NCBI GenBank assembly: GCA_040357565.1
Contig: JBDODJ010000029.1
Direction: 5' to 3' (one strand)
Length of the DNA stretch: 64,000 nucleotides
Source of the DNA: Cercozoa sp. M6MM
Lineage: Eukaryota > Protista > Endomyxa: Ascetosporea
A model generated the notes under the pieces. It had not been told where the DNA came from. It was given only the letters and a program-made list of their open reading frames with translations, and ran no database searches. Both the position numbers and the translations under genes were made by a program. Positions 1 through 13,065 of this stretch are shown here, piece after piece. Positions within the stretch are counted from its first letter, which is position 1; every line of letters begins with the position of its first letter.

Positions 1-1114
1 TGTGCGACGAAAACGTTCGTCGCGTCGGAGGAAACGCCACTCTTTACATAAAGAAAGTGAAGAGGGTACAGGGGGGGGGGTATAAAGCATACTAGGAGCA
101 TGCTCGGAGTCGGTCGACGCCTGCTGCGCCAGAGGAACGACGCGTCGCTGCTGCGGCGGTGTTGCCAGGTGTGCCAACTGCACAGGGAAGGAGGGGGTAA
201 CGGAGAGGGAAGAACAAGGGGGGGGGGGGTAAAGTTGCACCTGGTAAAGAAAAGCGTGACAGATTATCTCGTCAGAAAACGGACGTTCCGAAGGATCGGA
301 CAGTCGTATACCAATCCACTGCGAACATAGAAAGTAAAGTGGGTAAAGAGGACAAGAGAGGGTAAAGGGGAGGGTGGAGGGGTAAAGACAAAAAGAGGCA
401 AGTAAAGGGTAGGTGAGGGTAGGGGTAAAAAGTAGGGGTAAAAAGTAGGGGTAAAGTGTAGGGGTAAAAGCCTACTAGAGGTTGGTCCTGCAAGAAGACT
501 CTCGTGCAGAGGTCGCTGCGCAGACGTGCCTCCGTGCATCTCCTCTCTGCACATACAAACACGGGCATGTTTACCCCTCTTACCACCTTACCCCCCCCCC
601 CCGTTCATACCACTGTGCGCACAGCAGGCGGCCTCGGCACACGCGTCGTCGTTCAGCGTCGCTTGCACCTGCTTCCTCCTCTCCTACGGGAGGGGGTAAA
701 GGGAGGGGGTAAAGATAGAGTTAAAGATGAAGGGACAAAGCAGTGCTACCAGAGCAACAGGCGTCCAGCAGAGCTCGCGCACCACGACGTCACGCAACGC
801 ATTTCCGTTCACTTCGTCATCTACCCAGAGGTGGTAACGGGAGGGGGGGGGGTAGGAAGGGACAAAGGGTTTTAAAATGCAAACAGCGAGCAAACGGCTA
901 CCCAAACGGCAAAGTTCGGCGACAACTTCGTTCAACAATTGACGCAGGCGTTTCAGAACTACAAAAAACGCGTGTAACCACCTCGAAGCAGTCCGCTTCC
1001 GGGTATCCTCGATCTTACTGTCGGATCGACGATGAAACTCCGGCTCCTCGCTCACACAATCGTGTGTATCAACCGGTCCTTCCCTGCAAGCATACCGTCA
1101 CTGGATAAAGACAT
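1..1114 (-). CDS. Multi-exon hypothetical protein, 3' end beyond window start; start codon uncertain
   Basis: GC-rich exon-like blocks (e.g. VLKRLRQLLNEVVAELCRLGSRLL, DDEVNGNALRDVVVRELCWTPVAL, RRCTEARLRSDLCTRVFLQDQPL) alternate with GT-AG introns that are TTTACCCC-rich on the minus strand. No family recognised. Confidence 0.55.
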
Positions 1115-1428
1115 ATCACACGTCGATAAAAACCTCCGGTACCGGTTGTGCGCGTGACCCGATAGGATCGCAAAACGTACACGACGCTCACACTCTTGAA
1201 CCATTATTTATCGTGCGTCTGCGCGTGATAATACTTGTGATGACACAATTCGGGCTTGCTTGCGTCGCTTAGCTCCCTTGAGTCCGCAAGAACTCAAGAT
1301 TTTTCTATATTTAAGGCTGCGATGCTTTGTAGCCAACTTGCCGAAGTTGGCAAAAACTCGCGCTGCTTGGCACGACTTTCGTGCCCAGCCTCGTGTTGCA
1401 GCAGTAGGAGTGGCATTTTTGATCATAA

Positions 1429-4400
1429 ATGAGCGGAGGACCCCCGGGCCAAGCACGTGGTCGCGGTGGCTGGCACCCGCGCGGACGAGGTCGGGGTCGC
1501 GGCGGCTGGCGTCCGCGTGGACAGGGTCGTGGCAATTGGCGTCCCCGCGGACGTGGCAGAGGCCGCGGTGGCGGTGGCGGTCCGCGCGGCGGCGGCAGTC
1601 ATGGCACGGTGCACTCGCATTGTTGTTGTTTGTTTTGTTGTTATATGTTCACATATGGTTATTTTGCGTATTTTCGTAGTATTTTGTATTCCCATTTTCG
1701 GGTTGTTTTTTCCTGTTTTGTGTTTTCGTATTTATTATGTTTTGCCAGAACCCGGCGGAGGCGAAAAAGACGCGCGAGAATCTCCTGCGACTGCTCGAAC
1801 TGGAGCGACCGGCGGCGCAGCAGGGCATCGTGCGCGTCGCCGTGCAGGTAGGACTGTCAGTCGGGGGGGGGGGTAAACAGAGGATAAACAGGGGGTAAAC
1901 GGGTAAAACAATATGTGGTGTTTAGGGATGTGGACACGGCCAACTGGACCACATTTACGAACTCGTGTTGGAACGGTACTCTTACTCCTTCACCCACTTA
2001 ACCCACTTAACACACTTAACACTTAGCACACTTAAGCCCTCTAACCCCTCTAACCCCTTTACCTCTCTCCCCCGACAGAGAGCAAAAGGAAGGAAAGCGC
2101 GTCGATCTCGTTTGCATTTGCGGCGATTTTCAGGCCATCCGCGACCTGGTAATTTCGCAACTTTACCCATCCCTTTTTTATAACCTCCTTTACCCCCCCC
2201 CCCCATTTACCTCCCCCTTACTCACTCTATCTCCTATCTTCCTACTTTCACCCCTTAACCCTCGTTACCCCCTCTTTACCCTCCCATGTTAGGACGACAT
2301 GCTGTGCGTGGCGCGACCAGAGAAGTACCACGAACTTGGACACTTTTGGGAGTACTACCAGGGCCGCATGCGTGCACCCATTGTATCTTTACCCCTCTTT
2401 ACCCCTTTACCCCTTTACCCCCTCTTTACCCCATTCCAGCCTACGGTATTGATCGGCGGCAATCACGAGGCAGCCACGCACATGTTCGAACTGTTCCACG
2501 GTGGTAGTTTTACCCCCAACCTCTTTACCCCCTTACCCCTTACCACCTTACCCCTGTACCCCAGGCTATGTGGCACCTGACATGTACTTTTTGGGACACG
2601 TCGGTTGCGTCGACTTTGCTGGACTGCGCGTTGCTGGTACAATCAACCCACCTACCCTCATCCATCTCTTTTCCCTTTTACCCTTTACCTCAACCCAACG
2701 TGCACACAGGTATCAGTGGAATCTTCAAAGCGTACGATGTGCCACGCGGCTACTTTGAGCGTTTCCCTCTCGATGAGTACTGTTCTTTACCCCCCTTTTA
2801 CCTTTACCCCCCTTTTACCTTTACCCCTTACCTCCCCGTACAGTCACGACAAGCGCTCCTTGTACCACCAGCGCGAGTTCGACGCACGCCGTATCGCCAA
2901 GCTAGGTACCCTTTACCCCCTTACCTCGTTTTGCCCCTTCCTTTGACTCTCCCCTTTACCCCCCTCCCCCGGATGTAGGCGTGGAGAGACAAAACATGCC
3001 GCGCCGTCGCGTGGATTTGTTCCTGTCGCACGACTGGCCCACGATGGTGACCAACACGCGACTGATGACGGCACCGTCAGTGGTACCGTCTGACTCGAGT
3101 GCTGATGCCGAGAAGACAACCGTCAGTGAGTCGACCACGTGCAGCGATCACACCGCCGACAATGGCAACGGTGTCACTGGTGATACCACTGGTGCTGATG
3201 ATACCACTGGTGCTGTTGATGCCACTGGTGATACCACTGACGGTGTGACCGACGGTGCCACTGGTGATACCGACGGTGCCACTGGGAAGCAGAACCGTGT
3301 GACGGTGCAGGGCGACATCGAGGACCTGCTGCGACGCAAGCGGCACTTCGCCGACCAGGTGCGGCGGCACGACTTGGGCTCGCCGCTGCTGGACCGCCTG
3401 CTGCAGACCCTGCGGCCGCGGCGGTGGTACCCCCCCCCCCTGCCTCCACCGTGTACACTCAAAGTGACCCCCCGTAGGTGTGCCGCCCACATGCACGTGC
3501 GCTACGTCGCCAATGTCGACTTCCATCGTATATAATTATGTGTACATCTACATATGCATTTCTACACACACACATATATATATAGATATATATATATATA
3601 CATATATTTAGATATATATATATAAAGATATATTAAGTCAATGTATTTGTCGATGTACGCATGGGGGCAGAACACAAGGAACGCACCGAGTTTCTTGCAC
3701 TCGGTAAGTGCTGCGGCAGACGCCAGGTGCAAGAATACCTGTACCGTGTAGCCATCCCTCTCTATGTTTGTGTCCCGAATGGACGGTACATTTGGACGAC
3801 TATGTGTACGTGTGGCTACACAGTGATGTGCTTGAATTTGAGGTCGCCGACGATGCCTCTCGTGTTTTGCGCTTCGACGAGGAATGGTAGTACCTCCTTA
3901 TCTCTCCTCTCTTTTCCCTTTTTTACCCCCTTGTACCCCCTCTGTATTCACCCTCTTTACCCCTCTGTACCCCCTTTTTTAACCCCTCTTTGTCTCACAG
4001 GCTTGCGGTGGTCAAGCAGACGGCTGAGAAGGTGCCGCTTCCGCGCTACAAAAACGATCTGCCGCAGCAGGACGAATTCGTCGCTCCTGTCACGCCCGAG
4101 ATGGTCCCTTTTCCTTTATTCCTCTTGCCCCCCCCCCCCCCCGCCCCGTTCTATCCTACCCTACTGTACCCCTTCCCGTTATCCCTTACCCGTTGCACAG
4201 ATCGATGAGGTGCGGCAAGCGTTTGGAGGTGCCACGGGGCAGTCCGACAGTCAGTACGTGCTCAACCCGGACGAGTGGTTTGTCGCTTCCAAGCCGCCAG
4301 CCGACCAGGTACATCTCGATCTGTCTGTGTCTATACACACTCACACATTTCTGTATATATACACATATATAGCAAGACCGACAGCAGGCACGATCGCCGC

Positions 4401-4856
4401 CCTTCGTACAGAACCCGCAAACGGCAAAACTGCTGCGCACGCTTGGTATGCATATATATATATATATATATGATGCATGTTGAATTGTTGGATTATTTCA
4501 TTCTGTTTCGTGTTTTAATTAATTTATTATTTGAATGTATCGCTTTGTGTATGAGTTGGCCTGTGTCTCTGCAGGTGTTGCTGATGTGATCGCGCAGCGG
4601 CACTGCCCCGAGATGCTCGTGGCCGCAACACGTGCACGCGAGGAGGCCGCGGTACTGCAAGTTGTTTAACCTGGTGTGTTTCTGTTGGTGACACTACACA
4701 ATAACACAGAACCCGGAGGAGGTGTCGCTCGACTTTAGCGATGACGACAGCGACGACTCGGTAGGAAGCTCGGTCTCTGTCCTGTGTCAGAGGTAGCCAG
4801 ATTCCCTACGTACTCTCCCTCAGGAACCCTCCGTCAAGAGGCAGCGTGTCGATTAG
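1429..4856 (+). CDS. DBR1: RNA lariat debranching enzyme with N-terminal RGG extension
   Basis: Spliced motifs VRVAVQ-GCGHGQLDHIY, CGDFQAIR, IGGNHEA, GGYVAPDMYFLG, RVAGISGIFK, SLYHQREFD, FLSHDWP, AAHMH, TEFLALGKC, LRFDEEW, C-terminal NPEEVSLD. Stop TAG at 4854-4856. Confidence 0.95.
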
Positions 4857-5386
4857 TTTGTGCGACAAGGTGCGTTGTCACTCGAGATGTGTTGTCGCTC
4901 GGGCACGGATAGGAAGCGCCTCGCCTGGCACACACACACACACACACATACACACGCACCTGGGTAACCCCACGACGGCACTTTGAACAGAACAGCGCGG
5001 GCCGAGTGTCATGCCCGTCCGCTGTCTACAGTGTCCGCCGAGAGCTCTCTTTTCGAGAACATGCACCCCTGAGTTGCCAACTGGTGTTCGTGTGTGCTGT
5101 TCCAGAGCGCGCTTCCTTCCGCGCCCGAGTGTTTGCTTGTCTTGCACTCGCTGCTTCCTCTCGATTCGTGTGCTTTTGTGTTAGACTCGCTGCTCCTGTC
5201 TACTTGGGCTGCTGACTTGACGCGACCTGACTTGACGTGAACAACCGAGCGACCACGGGCCTGACACGCCAATCGAATCAGTCATTTAGTGTACCGCCAC
5301 CGTGCAATCAATCGCAGTCTTTGTACAGCCGTCATGTCGCTGCTTATCAATAGAACGGAATTATACTTATCGGCAGTGCCCTGGTG

Positions 5387-6680
5387 ATGATGACTGATCT
5401 GGTCAATCAAACGGCTGCCCCAGTGAGTCGTCTCTCTGCGGCGCGTGCAGGATCATTTTGACATCTGAAAGGAGGCTAAAACCTCTGCATACGTGCTGTG
5501 TTGGTGTGTTGTACCATCCAGGCAGCGCTAGTGCATAGTGAGTTGCAGTTCAGTCCTCCTCCATATAACTTTGTTTTTTTCCTGGTTTGTGCATTTGTTG
5601 TTTGCCAAGCAGACATTTCGGTACTGTGACCAAATTACCGACTGACTGGCCGCTATCTCGGTGTCGTTCTATCGGATGCGAGACGAACAGGAGCTGGCGT
5701 AAGTTTGTTGCTCGTGTGTGCAAACCACTTGCATGTGTGGTTTCCAGCGGTATTCAGGCACCCAACCAAGAAGAAGCACAGCCACCTTTCCAGTCCGTCG
5801 AATCGCATGAAAAAACTGTAATTCGCTACCTTGATCGCAGTTGTGTGCAAAGTGCAGTGTGTACTTGTGTATTTGCAGTACGTTGTGACGGCAGCTGGCT
5901 GGGGCAGGACGAACATTGTAGTGGGTGATGACCACACGAGCACGAATATCATGCCCAAGCCGTACCGATAAATTTACTTCAGTTTTTAAGCTGATATATA
6001 TCTATATATACCGTGGTAGGTACGTTGAGCTGGAGGAGTACTGGCCCTCGGTGGTCTTGGTGCTACTTTCAGTCATTCTGGCCGCGACGGGTCTCGCCGT
6101 TAACCAGTATTTTATGACAGCAAGATTGTACTGCAGAGCGTTTCTTTTGATTTTTAAAACATAACACATAGATGGAGCACCGTGGACGCTTGCGTACGAG
6201 GAACTGAGGTGTCTGAAGCTGCGATTTACTGACATGTATTGCTGAGGCAACTGTGTTGTTTCCGCAGGAATGCAAGACACTGCACGCAGGACTTGATTCC
6301 ACGTTCGACGGCGTCAACAGTTCCAAAGTGTAAACTGAAAATCGTCTGGACACAAGTCTTTGCTTGTCATTGAGTGTGCATTTTGAGTTCAGCTTGATTG
6401 GTCTGGGTGCCGGCATTTACTTCCTGTATATTCTGCTACTCCCCGTTGTGCTTGTATGTGTGCTCTTGTATGCACCATGTGAACTTAGTGCTGTGATTGT
6501 GTCGCTGCTGGTGACATGCTGCCTGCTCAACAAGAGTCAGTCTGTGCGCAGCTTCGTTGCCATGTACCCCCCCCCCCCTCTGTGATATTTTACCCTTCCA
6601 CTTTACGCGCTATTGTGTAGTCGCCCGTGGCTACTTTTGCTTGGAGCCATCGGTTTGATCGTTGGCTGTAATATTGTTTG

Positions 6681-6729
<49 letters not shown>

Positions 6730-6739
6730 NNNNNNNNNN

Positions 6740-6788
<49 letters not shown>

Positions 6789-7907
6789 TTGAACTCCTGC
6801 CAAGATGTAAGTTACCCTGTCGTAGTCTCACGACGAGTGGTCTGTGCGAGTTCAACACGACGGCGCTTCCAACGCCATCGGGCAGTTCCTCGCGCGACTT
6901 TTCCGTGCGTGCGCGTCGCAGCAATGGCACTGATGGCTCGGTACGACTCGCTCTGTTTTATATGTTATCTGTATTTTCTGACTTTTCTTTATGGTCTGTC
7001 TATCTGTTTGCGTCTTTCTATATATGAGGAACAACTTGATGTCTGACAGGGTGACTATATCTTCGAGGACAACTGGGAGACACTCACGTTCTCGACGCAG
7101 TCGCTGCCACAGTATGACGCCGATAATCTGTGTGCCGAGGCGTCTGTGCAGTTCTCGATGCCGATGGAGCCCGGTTTGAATGGTTACCAGGTACCACGCA
7201 AGTTGTTTGTGTGCTGAGTGTCTTTGTAATAGCTACGCAAATGTGCTGTCTTGTCTAGATCGAGACTCTGTCGAAGGACGATGTGCTGAGCGGCACGCCG
7301 TGCCAGCAGCTCAACGGACCGAGCGGCGGCGAGACGCGCTGCTGCTACCTGGGCGCCACCAACCAGGCTGCGACGAGTGTTGCGGTATCACATATTGTCA
7401 GGACTTGTTGCATGTACATGCATCTCCTTCGCTCCGTGTGCAGGGAACGGCCGACGCCGAGATGATTGACCTCGTGATGACGTGTGTGCCTCGTATTACT
7501 TGCTTTTGTTTGTACAACCGCCTGTGCTTTTGTGCTGTTTATGGTCGTGTTACCCATAAAGCCGATGAGGTCAAAATGAACTCGATGACTCTTCTGCAAG
7601 CCGACACGCCGCCGCCGTGCGAAGAAGACACGGACGAATTGTACGATAACTTAAACATCAACCTACGCACATGTAAATTCTCAGTATCAACTATAGGACG
7701 ATTGACGGCAACTGTCTCGTTGTCGAATCTGGACTTGGACCAACAACACAAATTGCGATCGCTGTATCGTTTACTCTCATCAACAGTGCTCATGGTTACT
7801 TTTTAATTTCCGTGTGCGAGGTGCAGGCATCTGTGTTCGCCTTTGCTGGCGGTGTCATGTTTGTCGTTGGACCGCGACTAAAGGGACATAGCGTGCCAAC
7901 ACACTAA
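5387..7907 (+). CDS. Hypothetical multi-pass membrane protein with Cys-containing luminal/extracellular region
   Basis: Hydrophobic exons (YWPSVVLVLLSVILAATGLAV, LIGLGAGIYFLYILLLPVV, PWLLLLGAIGLIVG, ASVFAFAGGVMFVVG) separated by GT-AG introns. Last exon ends in TAA at 7905-7907. Start is tentative. Confidence 0.55.
6682..6786. repeat. (CA)n microsatellite with assembly gap; representative of many intronic dinucleotide repeats (also ~19990, 23170, 24150, 28480, 41650, 42960, 58514, 59805)
   Basis: Directly visible repeats, several interrupted by N runs. Confidence 0.95.
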
Positions 7908-8211
7908 CGCATTCGCCCCTCTTGGCTCCCGTCGTGCCACAGAGCTCGAGAAGTTCCAACTGTAAGCGGAGGATCATAATTCGATTGTAAATGAAACGAA
8001 GAGCGCGTGTAAATTTTACGTGTAAATTTTACTTCGCTTCAGTTTACTCTTCCCGTCCGTTCAGTTGCAATTGAAAGGACGGAACTACATTTTTGGTTTC
8101 TTAGTAGACGGACAGTTTTTCGCCCGCGGCGGACGCCAGGGAACTCCGTAAAGCAACTTAGTTTGTTTAGGTCCGGTGCGGTCAGCGCAGGCAGCGAGGG
8201 AGACGATAGAA

Positions 8212-11088
8212 TCAGCGTGCGCGGGCCCAAAAGTCGCCGCCGCGGTGTCCATAGTAGCCCAGCAGAGGTCCGTCCAGGAGCGCCGCCGTCTGCAGTGCGT
8301 TCTACAGAGCAGATTCAAAGTATCACAAAGGTGGGTGGCTGGATGTGTGACTGTGAAGTACATCGGCATCGGTGGTGCAGCGCAGGAAGACCTCGTCATC
8401 GTGCTCCTGCGGCGATTCGACGTTGCTGTTGGCAGTCTCAACAGGCGTGCCCAGCAGGTCATCCACGATACTCTGCACCAGAAAGCGGTGCGATCCGCCT
8501 CTCCACTGTACACACACTGTATCTTTTCCCCCTATACTACTTACTCCTCACACTCCTCCCCCCGATAGCCGCTATTATTCCCCTAAAGCCTTTGCCCCCA
8601 CCTGTGTGGGCGCAGAGCCGAGACGCCACTCCTGGGCACTCTGTCCGTGCAGTCGGTACTGACAGGGCGCGTCGCTGTCAAAGAGAGCGATGCGGGCCAT
8701 GCCATGTGCACCGGTGATTTCCAGAACGTCGCACTGCTCCTGCTCCGGCGCCATCGAGTCGAACACTGTTCTCGCATTCACATCAGGTTTTGCCCCCTTT
8801 CCCTCGTCCACTCACTCCTTCCTTACTCCACCCCACAGAGACAACTCACAGATGCTGCCGACGATGCCGCCTTGCGTCAGAAACGACGCGCACACGGTTG
8901 TTTCCACTTGCCACTCGGGTGCTAACTACAGTGAGCGAAGGGAGTAAATGCGGTAAACGGCGGGTGGAAGGGTAAACAAGGCAAGAGGTGGGGTGGGGGG
9001 GGGGGGCAAAGCACCTGTTCCTGTGACTGCTCAGTGATGACGCCAGGTGCGCGCACACAGTGACCGTCCAGTTGCGAGAGCACATCGTCCTCCGGTAGCA
9101 AGTAGCGCACTACGTCCAGCACGTGCGGGGCTGCGGGAGGGAGTAAGAAGGGTAAGGGGTAAGGGAGGAGGAGGAGTCCCTAGGGATAGGGCAGGGGTAT
9201 GGGGGGTAACACAGGCAGCCACACCGTACTGCATCCAGAGGCCGGCGCCGGCACAGCGCGCGTTGAGTCGCCAGTCGGCCGTGTCGCACACTCGCGCCGC
9301 CGTACTTCGGAAGCGCCAGGTGACGGCGTGCAGCGGCGCCAATACTTCGCGGCACACGCGACGCAGCTCCTGCACCCGCGGCTCCAGTCTCCTCTGGTGC
9401 GCTCTGTGAGGAGGGATGGGCAACGTCTCAATTGTAGAGAGATATGAGGTAAACACAACGAACTCACACAAACACCGGCGCATTGTTCTTTTCAAATTCG
9501 CGAAGCACCGCACGTGTCTCTAAGAAGCTACACAACGGGGGGGGGGTTAAAGAGGGATAGAAGGGTAAGGAAACGCACCTGCGCGCAAAAGGCGCTTCGA
9601 CGAGGCACGGAAGCTGCGCCGCCGCCAGACGCTCCGCCACGGCGGCGTGAGCGTCTGGTCGCTGCGTGTGTAAATTGTTAAGTCCTTAAAGGGGCATATG
9701 TTTAGGGGCATGTTGTTTAAGTGGCGTGTTGTTTAAGGGTCTGTTGTTTAAAAGGGTAGATAAAGAGTGGCTACAGTGGCTACATAGACGGCATCGACGC
9801 GACGATCCGCCAGCAGTTCGTCCAGTGACCTATAGGCGCGAATGCCTTCGACCACCTGGGAAGGGAGTAGGGGTGAAGGACAAAGCGAAGGGGCGTAAAG
9901 GGGGTAACAAAGAGCAAGGGGATAAAGGGGTAAGAGGGGTAAATCCCACCTCATCGGAGACACCGTGTGTCCGCAACGAGTCGCGGAATTGCGACACTCG
10001 CGTCGCCGACGTGGACAACACACCCACTAGAGTGCTGTTCTCTGCCTGTCCACGGAGGAGAGTAAGGGGTAAAGGGCGGTTTAACAGGGGAGTACATGGA
10101 GGAAGGAGACGCCACTGTGCTTGATGACAACGTTGCCGCACCCGATGATTGCCCCTGCATGTCTGAGGTAAGAGCTGGGGTAAAAAAAGAAGGCGTGAAA
10201 AAGTCACATCGAATCGGCGCCTCGTGGCGTGTGCGTTGTCGACAGACGCGCGGCAGGTAGCTCTGGCGCAGCACCTGCTCAACGTCGACCTGCTCTGCTG
10301 GCTCCTTGTCCTTGATGGCGTCCTCGGTGTGCTCCTTGTCGTCGTCGCTGAAGGTGTCGCTGCTGCTGTCCTCTTGCTTGCTGTCGGTCGGCTCAAATGA
10401 CTCTATCGACTCGTTTGACTCTGAATCTGTCGGCTCTGTTGGTTCTCTCGGCGGACCTTCGATCTGTTTAATTTTGTAAATCGGTTCCTGCAGTCGGTGA
10501 CACTGACGCACGTGCGACCTGGCGGGGGAGGGGAGAGGAGGGTAAAGGGCAAAGGAAGGTATGGAAAGAACAGACAAGGAACCAGTAGTTGCGCCAAAAC
10601 TCCTGTTCGGACAGTTCGTCAGGAACCAGGCGGGCGAACCACAAGGCAACCCTCCTGCAAGGTACTCAGGTCAGAGGCAGGACAGGTAGAAGGGTAGACG
10701 GGTGTGACTACTTGTCATGCTGCAGCAGACCCTGCACGCGCGGCATGAGCTGTTCGATCTGAGAGTCCGAGTCTTCGGTAGTCGGTGCGTCCTCTGGCTC
10801 GCCACGGCGCGTCATGAAGGCGATGCGACTTTGCGACAGCGACAGCACGCGCCTGCGGATCGCTGCCTCCGTGGCAGGCGGGTACTGCAGGCACATTCGC
10901 CCCTTTACATCTACCCGACACACTCCTTCAGAGAAAAGCGTACCTCCTCGCCTAGGTGCGCATTCTCGTGCGACCACGGATACAACTGGCGCCCTAACAG
11001 TCCGATCAAGATATTATTGTGAGGTGGCACACTATCAAGTGCTGCAGCGTTGCTTACCTGTTGCAACTGTGCTTTGTTCTGCGCCCAT
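8212..11088 (-). CDS. N-myristoylation-like start + BSD domain + Gfo/Idh/MocA-family oxidoreductase fusion
   Basis: Start MGAEQS. BSD motif LLQHDKRVALWFARLVPDELSEQEFWRNYW, acidic linker, then AIIGCGNV, YRSLDELLADRRVDAVYVAT, LVEAPFA, WRLNARCAGAGLWMQYG-PHVLDVVRYLL and C-terminal LLGYYGHRGGDFWARAR*. Confidence 0.85.
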
Positions 11089-11488
11089 TATGTCACAATT
11101 GGTAAGCACACACAGGTGCCCGCAGTTCTTAGGGCGTTAACGAGCAGTTTGGCAGGATTGCTCCGTTTGGGCTCGTCGAGCCCGAATGCATCCGGATGGG
11201 CTCAAATTCTCGTCTCCTCTAACTCTCAACGCCGACCGCGGGGTGCGCGTTCCACGACTTGTCTGTGGCTAATCCACCACGTCTGTGTCTTAAAGAATCA
11301 GTTTTCGCGAGCTTATCGGGTCAGTTTATCAATGTCGGTTGGGCCTGAGTGTTGATGCACACTAGACTTCCACAAAAGACCTTCGCAAGGAGTGACGAAA
11401 CGATGTGTCTGTGGTGTGGGCAGGTGTGACAGTGTCCGAAGGTCCGAAAGTGAGATGTCGAGCACGAGCAGCAGCGAAGTCAGTGTTG

Positions 11489-13065
11489 ATGAGAACTCGT
11501 CGCCGACGGCGAGTTGTGTCTCGGTAAATTGCTGCTACGCTGGTCAAAACGCATCGTTCTCAATGAGTTTGCTGTGCTGTCTCGCGTTTGTTCAATTTTT
11601 ATTTGTTGGTTGGAACTTGAGTTGTTTTTGATTTGGATGCGTTTTGTGTTTATTTTTGGAGAAACTAAGACTGAGACTGCAGAGTTTTGGCTACTGCCTT
11701 TCTTTGGCCCACGTGCTGGTCCGTGGTGCAGCCGGAGTTGCACTATTACATGCGTGCTAGTGCACCCAAAAGTGCCGCTTTCGGCAAGGCTCGGTTTGTG
11801 CAGAGTCAGTCGACGAGCATCCCGATGACGAACGAGAAATATCGCGAGTTGTACGTCCGCGCGGACGAACATGACAGTCGTTTCGAGTTTGAGCAGTACT
11901 TTGATCCTCACTTGAGTGGTTCAACCCTGATTACGTTTCATCTAACTCGTAGAGCACACCAGGTACTGCATGAGGCGCGTCAGGAAGACGCGTCATTGTG
12001 TACGTTGTGTGAAACACATTGACAGGAAGGAATTGTGTGTTTTTGCACCGTTTCTTTGGGCTTAGTGCTGTGCAAGGAGTTCGTGTTGCGGTACGTGCGT
12101 GGCAAGGTGCGAATCTGGGACCTGTACGCTAACGACAGCGCCGAGCACAAGGCTCTCGTGCTGGAGGCGCGCGATTTGATGGAGCCGCTCATCCAGGTGA
12201 GTGTAGTCTTGAGATACGAATGTTACCGCTTGTTATATCTCCCTCTGGTGCGATTGGGCAGGAAATTGAAGAGCTGCAGAAGCGCGGCCAATTGGAGGCA
12301 GTGGAGCACGCCGAGCACACCGATCCGAATGCGGACGAGACGGCTCTGTCGTGGGTGCGCTTCACGTACGTGCTCGGCTGCGTCGTTATGGGACAGGCCA
12401 TCGACTTGGTGCGTTGCTCTGACTTCTTTCTTGCCCTCCCTCTCCACCTGTTTCTTATCTCTGCCTTGCTTTGCAGGTGGGCAGCACAGAACAGTTGTCG
12501 CTGGCGGCAATGACGCATCGACTCGGCAAAGCCGCGATTCGCAGCTCGCCTGGACACCCACTGCCACTCTACGTCATGTCGGTCTGGACCTACGGTACTG
12601 TTTGTAAGCACGGCACAGTGGTCCATTTGTACAACAGCGGTCCGACTCCCGGTTGTTTTGTACAGGCGTGTCGCAATTGTTTTGGCCGATCCGAAAGCTC
12701 GTGATGTCGATGTGCAAGGGGGACGTTGTGCTTGGTTTCGAAAAGGCGCTTGAGTGGAGTCACGCCGCTGCCGACGCCAGCGTCGAAGGTCCCTACTCTC
12801 TGACGCACACAAGTGCGTGTCCTTTGCGGTATGGTATGTGTGTGCTGATGCAGACGGCGATGAGGCCAACTCGGAGAACACGTCGGTGATTGTGATGAAT
12901 CTTGTCGTGCGCGGCAAGATTCTCTACAAGCTCGGACGTAAGGCCGACGCCAGAGAGCTCTGGCAACAAGTGGTCGAGCTCGACGAACGCATGATGCGCT
13001 CCGGACTGGACCGCAAGGCGCGAGACGAGGCACGCAGCATGCTCAGCGGCGGCAAGGTTAAGTAA
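11489..13065 (+). CDS. Regulator of microtubule dynamics (RMDN)-like TPR protein
   Basis: C-terminal pattern PLYVMSVWTYGVSQLFWPIRKL...GFEKALEW...NLVVRGKILYKLGRKADARELWQQVVEL...ARDEARSML resembles RMDN/RMD1 TPR proteins. Start is tentative. Confidence 0.65.

Noticed and set aside
6590-7046. ORFs reading HTHTHT / CVCVCV / ERERER (here and at many other positions)
   Set aside because: These are translations of intronic dinucleotide microsatellites, often spanning N gaps.
8007-8032. GTGTAAATTTTAC tandem repeat as a bidirectional TGTAA-type poly(A) signal
   Set aside because: TGTAA-like words are not consistently present downstream of other genes in the window, so support is insufficient.
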